Of a stretch of 64,000 nt of DNA, positions 29,822-39,014 are shown piece after piece. Position 1 is the stretch's first letter; each line of letters begins with the position of its first letter. The position numbers were made by a program, and so were the translations under genes. Source of the DNA: Candidatus Methylomirabilia bacterium (lineage in GTDB: Bacteria > Methylomirabilota > Methylomirabilia > Rokubacteriales > CSP1-6); the NCBI GenBank assembly GCA_046758965.1, contig JBHIBG010000002.1:1-64000 (forward strand), written 5' to 3'. Below the pieces are notes generated by a model that did no database searches, had not been told where the DNA came from, and saw nothing but the letters and a program-made list of their open reading frames with translations.

Positions 29822-30255
29822 GCACCAAAGCCAAGTTCCTCGCGGGCGGGGGCGTGATCGTCTGCGCGCTCGCATACCTGATCTATTCCGGAGTGAGCCA
29901 GTCACTGGTCTACTTCGTCACCCCGGGCGAGCTCCTCGCCGAGCCGGTCCCCGGAAAGGCTTACCGACTCGGCGGCCTGGTGAGCAAAGGGTCCCTCAGA
30001 TGGGAACCGCGCACCCTCGATCTCTCCTTCACCCTCTCCGACGGCCAGGTCTCCGTCCCAGTGCGGCACAGGGGGACGCCACCGGACCTCTTTGCGGAGG
30101 AGCGCGGCGCGGTGGTCGAGGGGACGTGGACCGCCGAGGGGTACTTCAAGGCCACGACGATCATGGCCAAGCACTCCGAGGAGTACCGAGCTCCCAAGGG
30201 AGCAGAGGCCCAGGCCGGCTACAGAGAGCTCCTGAAGTCGCTGAAGACGAACTGA
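29818..30255 (+). CDS. ccmE: heme chaperone CcmE
   Basis: YFVTP, RLGGLV, PPDLF, AKHSEEY. Confidence 0.95.
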   Translation: MSTKAKFLAGGGVIVCALAYLIYSGVSQSLVYFVTPGELLAEPVPGKAYRLGGLVSKGSLRWEPRTLDLSFTLSDGQVSVPVRHRGTPPDLFAEERGAVVEGTWTAEGYFKATTIMAKHSEEYRAPKGAEAQAGYRELLKSLKTN

Positions 30256-30256
30256 G

Positions 30257-32209
30257 ATGATTCCGGAGATCGGCTACACCGCGACTGCCGTCGGCCTCGC
30301 GCTGGCGCTTTACGGGAGCGCTGCCGCAGCCGCCGGCGCCCGCACCCGGCGTCCGGCCCTGGTCCTCTCGGCCCAGCGCGCCGCCCTGGCCGTGGCCATC
30401 CTCATCGTGCTCGCCATCGCCCTGCTGATCTATGCCTTCCTGACCTTTGACTTCTCCGTCCGCTATGTGGCCATGAACACCAATCGGGGAACACCCTTCT
30501 ACTACCGGATCACGGCGCTCTGGGGAGCGCTCGAAGGCTCCATCGTGCTCTGGTCCGGGATGCTCGCGGGCTACACGCTCCTCGTCATCCTCCGGTATCG
30601 CCGCCGCCAGCCCGAGTTCTACCCGTGGGTGCTCTCGGTGATGCTGGCGGTCCTGGCCTTCTTCCTGCTGGTGATGGCAGTCCCCGCCCCACCCTTCGAG
30701 CGGATCACCCCGGTTCCGGCGGATGGCCGAGGTCTCAACCCGCTCCTGGAGGACACCGGGATGATCACGCACCCGGTGGCGCTCTACCTGGGCTTCACCG
30801 GCTTCACGGTGCCCTTCGCCTTTGCCATGGCTGCCCTGATCGCCGGCAAGGTCGGCGAGGAGTGGATCACGGCGACCCGCCGATGGACGATCCTGGCCTG
30901 GTACTTCCTCACCCTCGGACTCCTGATCGGCGGCTGGTGGAGCTACCACGTCCTCGGATGGGGCGGGTACTGGGCCTGGGACCCGGTGGAGAACGCCGCC
31001 TTAATGCCCTGGCTGACGGGGACGGCGTTCCTCCACTCGGTCATGATCCAGGAGCGGCGACGGATGCTGAAGCTCTGGAACGTGACGCTCATTATCCTGA
31101 CCTTCGGGCTCACCCTCTTCGGCACCTTTCTGACCCGCTCCGGGATCCTCTCCTCGGTTCACTCGTTCACCCAGGGCGCCATCGGACTGTTCTTTCTGGG
31201 GTTCATCGCGCTCGTGCTTCTCTTCGCCTTCGGCCTCCTGGCCTGGCGGGGCGACCGCCTCAGAGCCCAGGGGGAACTGGACTCGATCCTCTCGCGTGAG
31301 TCCATGTTCCTGCTGAACAACCTCTTCCTGGTGGCTGCGGCCTTTACGGTCTTCTTCGGCACCGTCTTCCCCCTCCTCTCCGAGGCGGTGCGGGGCGTGA
31401 AGGTGAGCGTCGGCGAGCCGTTCTTCAACCTCGTGAACATCCCCATCTTTCTCTCGCTGATCTTTCTGATGGGGATCGGGCCGCTCATCGCCTGGCGCCG
31501 CGCCTCCCGGGAGAACCTCAGGCGGAACTTCCTCTGGCCGGTGGCCACGGGTGTAGCAGCTGCCGCCTTCTTCCTCGCGGTGGGGGTGCGCCCCGCGCTG
31601 GCCATCCTTTCTCTGGCGCTCCTCCTCTTCGTGGCGGCGACGATCGCTCTGGACTTCTCCCGGGCGGTGCGGGCGCGGCTTCGAACCGGCGATCGGCTCG
31701 TGACGGCGACGGGAGGCCTGTTGCTGAGACAGAACCGACGCTACGGCGGGTTCCTGGTGCACCTGGGAATCTTGGCCATCGCCTTCGGGATCACCGGCTC
31801 CCACGCGTGGAGCCTTCAGACCGAGGCCACGCTCCGAAAGGGAGAGTCGCTCGACATCGGGCGATATCAGGTTCGGTTCGACACGCTCTCAGCTTCGGAA
31901 GAGTCCAACCACTTCAAGGTGACGAGTAGCGTCACGGTTGCCAACGCCGGTCATCCGACCGGGGTCATGTACCCCGCCCAGAAGTTCTACCCCCGGGAGC
32001 AGACCCCTATCACGCAGGTGGCCTACAGCTCCGGCCTGGTGGAGGACCTCTACCTGGTCCTCGGCGACTTTGCGCGCGACGGGAGCCAGGTGACGATCAA
32101 GGCGCAGATCAACCGGTTCGTCACCTGGATCTGGATCGGGGGGCTGATCCTCACCCTCGGCACTGCCCTGGCAGTGCTCCCCGACGCCCCCAACAAGAGA
32201 ACGGGATGA
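30257..32209 (+). CDS. ccmF: heme lyase CcmF
   Basis: GLNPLL, WGGYWAWDPVEN, FLHS, SVHSF. Confidence 0.96.
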   Translation: MIPEIGYTATAVGLALALYGSAAAAAGARTRRPALVLSAQRAALAVAILIVLAIALLIYAFLTFDFSVRYVAMNTNRGTPFYYRITALWGALEGSIVLWSGMLAGYTLLVILRYRRRQPEFYPWVLSVMLAVLAFFLLVMAVPAPPFERITPVPADGRGLNPLLEDTGMITHPVALYLGFTGFTVPFAFAMAALIAGKVGEEWITATRRWTILAWYFLTLGLLIGGWWSYHVLGWGGYWAWDPVENAALMPWLTGTAFLHSVMIQERRRMLKLWNVTLIILTFGLTLFGTFLTRSGILSSVHSFTQGAIGLFFLGFIALVLLFAFGLLAWRGDRLRAQGELDSILSRESMFLLNNLFLVAAAFTVFFGTVFPLLSEAVRGVKVSVGEPFFNLVNIPIFLSLIFLMGIGPLIAWRRASRENLRRNFLWPVATGVAAAAFFLAVGVRPALAILSLALLLFVAATIALDFSRAVRARLRTGDRLVTATGGLLLRQNRRYGGFLVHLGILAIAFGITGSHAWSLQTEATLRKGESLDIGRYQVRFDTLSASEESNHFKVTSSVTVANAGHPTGVMYPAQKFYPREQTPITQVAYSSGLVEDLYLVLGDFARDGSQVTIKAQINRFVTWIWIGGLILTLGTALAVLPDAPNKRTG

Positions 32210-32736
32210 TGGGCTGGCGCTGGGGAAAGTGGGTGATCCCTCTCTCGGTCCTCCCGGTTCTGGCACTCCTGGCCTACGGCTTTCAGACTGACCCCCGCGC
32301 CATCCCCTCCCCTCTGGTTGGGAAGGCGGCGGCGCCCTTCACGCTCGAGCTCTTCGACGGCGGAAGCCTGAGCGCGGCCGAGCTGCGCGGTAAGGTGGTC
32401 GTGGTGAACTTCTGGGCCTCCTGGTGCTTTCCCGCCTGCTATGAAGAAGCCCCGGTGCTGGAGAAGGGGTGGCGCGCCTACCAGGACCGCGGGGTGGTCG
32501 TGGTCGGGGTGAACATCCAGGATCGGGAGGAGCTGGCGCGGAAGTTCCTGGATCAGTTCTCCATCAGCTTCCCGAACGGGCCGGACCCGACGGGGAGAAT
32601 CTCCGTGGACTACGGCGTCTACGGGGTTCCCGAGACCTTCTTTATCGATAAAGCCGGAGTCATCCGGTTCAAGCACGTGGGGGCCGTGACCGAGGAGGTC
32701 TTTCGCTCCCAGGTCGAGCGTCTCCTCGAGAGCTGA
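32206..32736 (+). CDS. ccmG: CcmG/TlpA-like thiol-disulfide oxidoreductase
   Basis: NFWASWCFPAC, YGVYGVPETFFID. Confidence 0.9.
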   Translation: MMGWRWGKWVIPLSVLPVLALLAYGFQTDPRAIPSPLVGKAAAPFTLELFDGGSLSAAELRGKVVVVNFWASWCFPACYEEAPVLEKGWRAYQDRGVVVVGVNIQDREELARKFLDQFSISFPNGPDPTGRISVDYGVYGVPETFFIDKAGVIRFKHVGAVTEEVFRSQVERLLES

Positions 32737-32737
32737 C

Positions 32738-33193
32738 GTGAGGCAGACAGGGATCCTCCTCCTGCTCCTGCTGGTCGCTCCAGCCGGGGTCGCTCCCGCC
32801 GGCGGCGTGAGCGAGGAGACCGTCAGGGAGATCGCCTCCCAGCTCCGGTGTGTCGTCTGCCAGAATCTCTCGGTGGCAGATTCCCCGTCGCAAATGGCCA
32901 ACCAGATGCGGGGGATCATCCGCGAGCGCCTTGCCGCCGACGAGAGCCCGGAAGCCGTGGTCGAGTATTTCGTGGAGAAGTACGGCGAGTGGGTTCTCCT
33001 CTCGCCACGGCCCCGGGGCTTCAACCTCCTGGTCTGGATCGTGCCCTTTGCGACAATCGCCCTGGGCTTGGGGGTGGTTGCTGCCCTCACGGTGAGGTGG
33101 ACTCGCCACTCCCGGCCTCCGGCGCCACCCGAGGTTGTGGACCCCGCCATCCGGGAACGCATCAACCGGGAGCTGTCCGAGCTGGACCGCTGA
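32738..33193 (+). CDS. ccmH: cytochrome c biogenesis protein CcmH
   Basis: LRCVVCQNLSVADS, YGEWVL. Confidence 0.93.
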   Translation: MRQTGILLLLLLVAPAGVAPAGGVSEETVREIASQLRCVVCQNLSVADSPSQMANQMRGIIRERLAADESPEAVVEYFVEKYGEWVLLSPRPRGFNLLVWIVPFATIALGLGVVAALTVRWTRHSRPPAPPEVVDPAIRERINRELSELDR

Positions 33194-33196
33194 TCG

Positions 33197-34141
33197 ATGA
33201 CCGCCGCTGTCTTGATCGCTCTCGTGGCAGTTCCGGCGCTGGCCTTCGTGCTCTGGCCGCTCCTCCGAAAAGGACGCGTCCCCACCGCGATCGTGACGAC
33301 CGCTGAGGGTCGTCGTGACGAGCTGAACGAGGACAAGCTCGCCATCTACCGGGCTATCCGCGAGCTGACGTTTGAGTATCAGGCCGGTTATCTCGCGCAG
33401 GATGACTACCAGGCCCTCCGCGCCCGGTACGAGACCCGCGCTTCCCGGGTGCTGAAAGAGCTCGATGAGCTCGAGGCCCAGCGGCCCAGGAGCGAGCGGC
33501 TGGAGCAGGCCGGGGTCCCTCCCAAGCCGAAATCCCACGCTCGGTCCTGGACCCGAAGCCCGCTGGCCCTTACCACGGCAGTGATCGCCCTGATCGCCTT
33601 CGGGGTAACCCTGGGATTCGGAGTGTCGCGCTACACCCGACCTGACCGGACCTTCGTTCCCCCCGGTAGCCGTCTCCCGGTGCCGACCGACACCGAGGCC
33701 TCACCGCGAGGGGCACCCCCCCGGGCGGAGAGCGAGGCCCAGCGCCCCATTTCGGCGGAAATGCTGGCCGGGATGCTCCAGGCCGCGCGCATGAGCCTCT
33801 TCGGGGGTCGTTACCAGGAGGCGATGACGGCGTACCGGGCCGTGCTGAAGCGCGACCCCGAGAACGTGGATGCCTTGACGCACCTGGCCGTGATCGTCGC
33901 CATCGGCGGTCATGAGGACCTGGCGCTGGAGACGATCGATCGGGTCCTGGCGGTTGATCCCGGCTACCCTCCGGCCCACCTCTACCGGGGGCAAATTCTG
34001 TACGAAAAGAAGGGGGACTACCGAGGCGCGATCAAGTCCTGGGAGCAATTCGTCGAGTTGGTCCCCGCCGGCGCCGGCCGCGATCGAGTGCAGAAGCTGA
34101 TTCAGGAGGCCCGAGCTCAGCTGACTGAGCGCACCCGGTAG
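33197..34141 (+). CDS. ccmI: CcmI/CycH-like TPR protein
   Basis: Two TM segments flanking a coiled region, C-terminal TPR repeats; last gene of the ccm operon. Confidence 0.75.
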   Translation: MTAAVLIALVAVPALAFVLWPLLRKGRVPTAIVTTAEGRRDELNEDKLAIYRAIRELTFEYQAGYLAQDDYQALRARYETRASRVLKELDELEAQRPRSERLEQAGVPPKPKSHARSWTRSPLALTTAVIALIAFGVTLGFGVSRYTRPDRTFVPPGSRLPVPTDTEASPRGAPPRAESEAQRPISAEMLAGMLQAARMSLFGGRYQEAMTAYRAVLKRDPENVDALTHLAVIVAIGGHEDLALETIDRVLAVDPGYPPAHLYRGQILYEKKGDYRGAIKSWEQFVELVPAGAGRDRVQKLIQEARAQLTERTR

Positions 34142-34168
34142 CGAGACGGTGCTCTCGCCGCCCGCCAG

Positions 34169-34882
34169 CTACGGCCGCAGGCAGACCCAGACCTTCGCCG
34201 CGGCCGAAAAGCCGAGCACAATCGTCTTCCCCTCGCTCAGGGTCGTGATCGTCCCCGCCCACGGGGCAACTTCCTGGATCTTCAAGACCGTTCCCGGCTT
34301 GACGCCGTTGTTCCAGAGGTGCTCGAGGAGTTTCCGGTCTGCCTCCGCCTCTTCGGTGATCCGTTCCACTGTGAGCGTGGTCCCCTCCTGAGCTCGATCC
34401 AGCGGGAACGGATGCCCACCGTGGGAGCTGGTGGGCATCCCCGGGATGGGGTTGCCGTGAGGACAGGTGCTGGGCATACCCAGAAGGGTTGCCAGCCGAT
34501 CCTCCACCTTGGGCGACAGCGCGTGCTCGAGGCGGTGGGCTTCCTCGTGAGCCTCAGTCCAGTCCAGCATCAAGATGTCGGTTAGCCACCGCTCGAGGAG
34601 GCGGTGGCGCCGGGCCATCACCTCGGCCATGGCCCTCCCCTTGCGGGTGAGGGAGATCTCCTTGCCCTGGCTCAAGCGGATGTAGCCGCCCCGGGCCATT
34701 CGCTGGAGCGCCTCGGTGACGGCCGGGGGGGAGACCCTCATGTGCTTGGCCAGCCGCGCCCCGATCACCGGCTTGTCGCTCCCGGCCAGGTCATAGACCG
34801 CAGCCAGGTAGTCCTGGACAGAAGCCGTGGTCTCCCCACGGCCGGGCGCGCCGGCCCCCTTTTTTAGGCTTGACACACTCAA
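34169..34882 (-). CDS. DtxR/IdeR family metal-dependent regulator with FeoA-like C-terminus
   Basis: QDYL, RRHRLLERWL, HEEAHRLEH, CPHGNPIP; start uncertain (TTG 34882 or GTG 34876). Confidence 0.92.
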   Translation of the reverse strand: MSVSSLKKGAGAPGRGETTASVQDYLAAVYDLAGSDKPVIGARLAKHMRVSPPAVTEALQRMARGGYIRLSQGKEISLTRKGRAMAEVMARRHRLLERWLTDILMLDWTEAHEEAHRLEHALSPKVEDRLATLLGMPSTCPHGNPIPGMPTSSHGGHPFPLDRAQEGTTLTVERITEEAEADRKLLEHLWNNGVKPGTVLKIQEVAPWAGTITTLSEGKTIVLGFSAAAKVWVCLRP

Positions 34883-34919
34883 CGAATTAGGTATCCTTTA
34901 TGTATTAGGCGAGCCGAAT
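34864..34919. promoter_or_regulatory. putative DtxR-family operator array overlapping divergent promoters
   Basis: TTAGG at 34864, 34887 and 34905; palindrome ATTAGG-CGAG-CCGAAT at 34904-34919; TTGACA at 34870. Confidence 0.65.
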
Positions 34920-35023
34920 TGTCCGCGTTCGTCCGCCCTCTGTTGCCATTGTAGCCCGAACCGGCGGCCGACGCAAACCCGGTGGGAACTTGTCCGCCAC
35001 TTTCCTAACAGGAGGATGCGGCC

Positions 35024-36055
35024 TTGGGAGATGTATTCCGGCGGTGGTTGATCGTGGCGGCAGTCATCGTTGGCGGGGTTCTGCCCCCCCTTCTTTTCGG
35101 AGCCCTCACGGCGGCTCCCCCGGCTCCGGAGGTCGTGGTGTACTCCGCGCGGATCGAGAAGCTCATCAAACCCATGTTCGACGCCTTCACCGCGAAGACG
35201 GGGATCTCGGTCAAGTACTTCACGGCCAGCGAGAAGGAGCTCTTCGAACGCCTCAAGGCGGAAGGAGCCCACACTCCGGCGGATCTGTTCATGACCGTTG
35301 ACGCAGGCAACCTCTGGATTGCCGGGCAGGCGGGACTGCTCCAGGGGTTCACCTCAGCCGTGATCGAGCGGAACATCCCGGCCTCCCTGCGCGCCAAGGA
35401 CAACGCCTGGATAGGGCTGTCCGTGCGGGCGCGCCCCATCATGTACAGCACCCGGCGGGTCAACCCCTCCGCGCTCTCAACCTACGAGGCCCTGGCCGAT
35501 CGCCGGTGGCGCGGACGGCTCTGCCTCAGGACGTCGAGGAAGGTTTACACCCAATCGCTCGTCGCGACCATGATCAAGACCCTCGGGCGGCCGCGGACCG
35601 AGGAGGTGGTCCAGGGGTGGATCGCCAACGAGCCCCGCATCTTCAACAGCGACACCAAGCTGCTCGAGGCCATTGCCGCCGGCCAGTGCGATCTGGGGAT
35701 CGCCAACACCTACTACCTTGCCAGGCTCGAGGCCAAGGACCCGGATTTCCCGGTGGCGATCTTCTGGCCGAATCAAGCTGACCGGGGCGTCCATGTGAAC
35801 ATCTCGGGTGCCGGCGTGAGCAGATATGCCAAGCACCGGAATCGCGCAATTCAGCTCGTGGAGTTCCTGAGCTCGCCCGAGGCCCAGAACCTCTACGCCG
35901 ACGCCAACTACGAGTATCCCGCCAACCCCAGTGTCAAGCCGAACGCGCTCATCGCTGCCTGGGGCACGTTCAAGGCGGATCCGGTGAATGTGGCAGCCGC
36001 GGGGGAATACCAGGTTGCCGCCATCAAGCTGATGGATCGGGTCGGGTACAAGTAG
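35024..36055 (+). CDS. Fe(III) ABC transporter substrate-binding protein (FutA/FbpA-like)
   Basis: VYSAR, TVDAGNL, ANTYYL iron-ligand tyrosines, GVHVNISG, NYEYP. Confidence 0.92.
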   Translation: MGDVFRRWLIVAAVIVGGVLPPLLFGALTAAPPAPEVVVYSARIEKLIKPMFDAFTAKTGISVKYFTASEKELFERLKAEGAHTPADLFMTVDAGNLWIAGQAGLLQGFTSAVIERNIPASLRAKDNAWIGLSVRARPIMYSTRRVNPSALSTYEALADRRWRGRLCLRTSRKVYTQSLVATMIKTLGRPRTEEVVQGWIANEPRIFNSDTKLLEAIAAGQCDLGIANTYYLARLEAKDPDFPVAIFWPNQADRGVHVNISGAGVSRYAKHRNRAIQLVEFLSSPEAQNLYADANYEYPANPSVKPNALIAAWGTFKADPVNVAAAGEYQVAAIKLMDRVGYK

Positions 36056-36074
36056 CCTGTGATTGCCGGCGCCG

Positions 36075-37757
36075 ATGGCCGTCAACCTCGCACACGCGCG
36101 GTCGCGCGCGATTTCCCGCTGCGCTTCCCGACTTCGACATGACCCCTGGCCGCTGGCAGCCGGCCTCGTTGCCCTGTTCGTGGCCACCCCCATCCTGGTG
36201 GTGGCCTCCTCCCTCGCGACGCCGGCCGTAGAGATCTGGGTCCACCTCTGGGAGACGCAGCTCGCCGAGCTTGTCTGGCATACGCTCAGCCTGATGGTCG
36301 GAGTCGGCCTCGGGGTGCTCATTCTCGGCGCCGGCCTCGCCTGGCTCGTGACCATGTACCGGTTCCCGGGTCGGGCGGCCTTCGAATGGCTCCTGATCCT
36401 CCCCCTGGCTATGCCTGCCTACGTGATCGGGTTTGTCTTCCTGGCCATCTTCGACTATAGCAGCCCGCTCCAGAGCTGGCTCCGCGCGTCCTTCGGGCCT
36501 GAGGTCTGGTTTCCCGAAATCGCCTCCTACGGGGGCGTGACCCTGGTCATGACGTTGGTGCTCTACCCGTACGTCTACGTGCTCGCCCGGACCGCCTTCC
36601 TCGAGCAGTCCGCCGGTCCCCTTGAGGCTGCCCAAGCCTTGGGAGCCGGCCCCTTGACGATCATCCGGAGCGTCGCCCTTCCCCTGGCCCGCCCTTCCAT
36701 TGCCGCCGGCCTGGCCTTCGCGCTGATGGAGGCACTCTCGGATTTCGGGACAGTGGCCATTTACGGATACTCCACCTTCACCGTGGCCATCTACCAGGTC
36801 TGGTTCGGCATGTTTGCTCGCGGCGCCGCCACCCAGCTGGCCAGCCTTCTCATGCTGTTCACCGTGGGGCTCTACCTGATGGAGCGCACCGCGCGCGGCC
36901 GCGCCCGCTTCTATCGGACGGAAGGCCGGGCGCGACCCGCCGCCCCGAAGGTCCTCCGGGGCTGGAAAGGGTGGGCCGCCAGCGCGGTCGCCAGCTTGGT
37001 CATTGGAGTCGCATTCGTCCTGCCGGTGGGACAGCTTCTCGTGTGGACCCTCCGCGAGGCCGAGTTCAACGCTCGGTATCCGGAGTTTCTGCTCACGACC
37101 CTGGCCCTGGGAGCGATTACGGCCGCCCTGGCAGTCGGTGCAGCGGTGGTGGTGGCCTATGGCGTCCGGCTGAGCCGGAGCGGGCTCGTCGTCCTCTTTG
37201 CTCGCGTTGCCAGCATGGGGTACGCCCTTCCGGGTTCGGTGATCGCCGTCGGAGTCCTGGCACCCCTGGCGTTCTTCGATCACGCCCTCGACGCCGCGCT
37301 CCAACGGACAGTCGGGATTTCCAGCGGCCTTCTTCTCACAGGATCCATGCTCGGGTTGATCTTCGCCTATCTGGTACGCTTCCTGGCGGTCAGCACTCAC
37401 ACGGTGGAGGCGAGCTTAGTCAAGATCACGCCGAACATGGATATGGCGGGGCGTTCTCTCGGGGCCAGCACCCGAGGAGTCCTCTGGCAGATCCACCTGC
37501 CGCTGATCCGAGGTGGCCTCACCGCCGCCGCCATCCTCGTCTTCGTGGACGTCATGAAGGAGATGCCGGCAACCCTCCTCCTCAGGCCGTTGGGCTACGA
37601 TACCCTGGCAGTCCGGGTCTGGCAGCTCACCTCGGAGTCGCTCTGGGAAGCCGCGGCGCTCCCCGCGCTGACAATCGTGGCCGCCGGAATCCTGCCGGTC
37701 ATCGTCCTGATCCGGATCCACAGGGCTTCCGCCCCTCACCTCACCCCTGGCCTCTGA
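36075..37757 (+). CDS. Fe(III) ABC transporter permease (FbpB/FutB-like)
   Basis: PLAMPAYV, LPLARP, GYALPGSVIA, MKEMPAT. Confidence 0.92.
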   Translation: MAVNLAHARSRAISRCASRLRHDPWPLAAGLVALFVATPILVVASSLATPAVEIWVHLWETQLAELVWHTLSLMVGVGLGVLILGAGLAWLVTMYRFPGRAAFEWLLILPLAMPAYVIGFVFLAIFDYSSPLQSWLRASFGPEVWFPEIASYGGVTLVMTLVLYPYVYVLARTAFLEQSAGPLEAAQALGAGPLTIIRSVALPLARPSIAAGLAFALMEALSDFGTVAIYGYSTFTVAIYQVWFGMFARGAATQLASLLMLFTVGLYLMERTARGRARFYRTEGRARPAAPKVLRGWKGWAASAVASLVIGVAFVLPVGQLLVWTLREAEFNARYPEFLLTTLALGAITAALAVGAAVVVAYGVRLSRSGLVVLFARVASMGYALPGSVIAVGVLAPLAFFDHALDAALQRTVGISSGLLLTGSMLGLIFAYLVRFLAVSTHTVEASLVKITPNMDMAGRSLGASTRGVLWQIHLPLIRGGLTAAAILVFVDVMKEMPATLLLRPLGYDTLAVRVWQLTSESLWEAAALPALTIVAAGILPVIVLIRIHRASAPHLTPGL

Positions 37758-37762
37758 CTCCG

Positions 37763-38803
37763 ATGAGCCAGCTCTCGCTGAGGGACGTGACGAAGCGTTT
37801 CCCGGGAAACCCGCGGCCGGCTGTCGACGCGCTCACCCTGACGGTCGAGACGGGAGAAATTGTCGCCCTGCTCGGTCCGAGCGCCTCCGGAAAGACCACG
37901 ATCCTCCGACTCATCGCCGGCTTCGAGACCCCGGAGGGCGGAGTGATCGAGATCGGCGGGGCGACCGTGACGGACGGGAGCCGGGTCGTGCCGCCCGAGC
38001 TACGCGGTGTTGGAATGGTCTTCCAGGACTACGCGCTGTTTCCACACCTCACCCTGGCACAGAACATCGGCTTCGGTCTGCGGGGGCTCGATCGGGCAGC
38101 GCGGGAGCGCCGGACCCGCGAGGTGCTCGCGCGGGTCGGGCTCGAGGAGGTCGCCGGTCGCTACCCCCACGAACTCTCCGGCGGACAGCAGCAGCGGGTC
38201 GCCCTCGGCCGGGCGCTCGCCCCGGCCCCGAAGCTCATCCTGTTCGACGAACCGTTCAGTAACCTCGACCCGGATCTGAGAGCCCAGGTCCGGCGCGAGG
38301 TCGTTGAGATCTTGAGGACGACCGGCTCGACATCCATCTTCGTGACCCATGACCAGGAGGAAGCCCTCTTGATGGCCGATCGGGTCGGGGTCCTCAACGC
38401 AGGCAGGCTGGAGCAGCTCGATCGGCCGGAAGAGATCTATCATTGGCCCGCCACGAGGTTCGTCGGCGAATTCGTGGGCTCCGCGGATTTCATCCCCGGC
38501 CGGGTGGTCGCCGAGGGGGTCGAAACCGAGTTCGGCATGTTCCAGAACCAGGGGCGGCTCCCCGTCGGCGCCGGTGTACAGGTCATGATCCGTCCGGACG
38601 ACATCGACCTCACCCCCGCCGTCGACGGTGCCGGGGTTATCGTCTCGAGGCAGTTCCGGGGGTCGGAGGTGGTCTACGCAGTGCGGTTGCCGTCCGGACA
38701 GCTCGTCCATTCAAGCCAGGGGTCCACAAGTCCCTACGGGGTTGGGACGCGGGTCAGGGTGCAGGCAAACCCGATTCACGTCGTGACCTTCGAAGACACC
38801 TGA
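37763..38803 (+). CDS. Fe(III) ABC transporter ATP-binding protein (FbpC-like)
   Basis: GPSASGKT, FQDYALFPH, LSGGQQQR, TOBE-like tail; ATG 37763. Confidence 0.92.
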   Translation: MSQLSLRDVTKRFPGNPRPAVDALTLTVETGEIVALLGPSASGKTTILRLIAGFETPEGGVIEIGGATVTDGSRVVPPELRGVGMVFQDYALFPHLTLAQNIGFGLRGLDRAARERRTREVLARVGLEEVAGRYPHELSGGQQQRVALGRALAPAPKLILFDEPFSNLDPDLRAQVRREVVEILRTTGSTSIFVTHDQEEALLMADRVGVLNAGRLEQLDRPEEIYHWPATRFVGEFVGSADFIPGRVVAEGVETEFGMFQNQGRLPVGAGVQVMIRPDDIDLTPAVDGAGVIVSRQFRGSEVVYAVRLPSGQLVHSSQGSTSPYGVGTRVRVQANPIHVVTFEDT

Positions 38804-38821
38804 CGGCGCAAGGGAGCCCCC

Positions 38822-38980
38822 ATGCTTACCGGAATCGACCAGATCGCGATCGTCTCGGGTGCTCTCGTCGCCGACTATCGGGGATTCGGGTTGACCGTCG
38901 TGCCGGGTAGCCGGCGCCCAGGAGACGAGACGCGCCAGCCAGCCCGAGACTTCTTGACAGGTCTCGGACCTGCGGAGTAG
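38822..38980 (+). pseudogene. truncated VOC/glyoxalase-like gene remnant
   Basis: SD plus MLTGIDQIAIVSGALVADYRGFGLTVVPGSRRP, then similarity is lost and a stop follows at 52 aa. Confidence 0.6.
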
Positions 38981-39014
38981 CTTTCGTAGTAGACACGTCT
39001 CCCCACACCCCACC

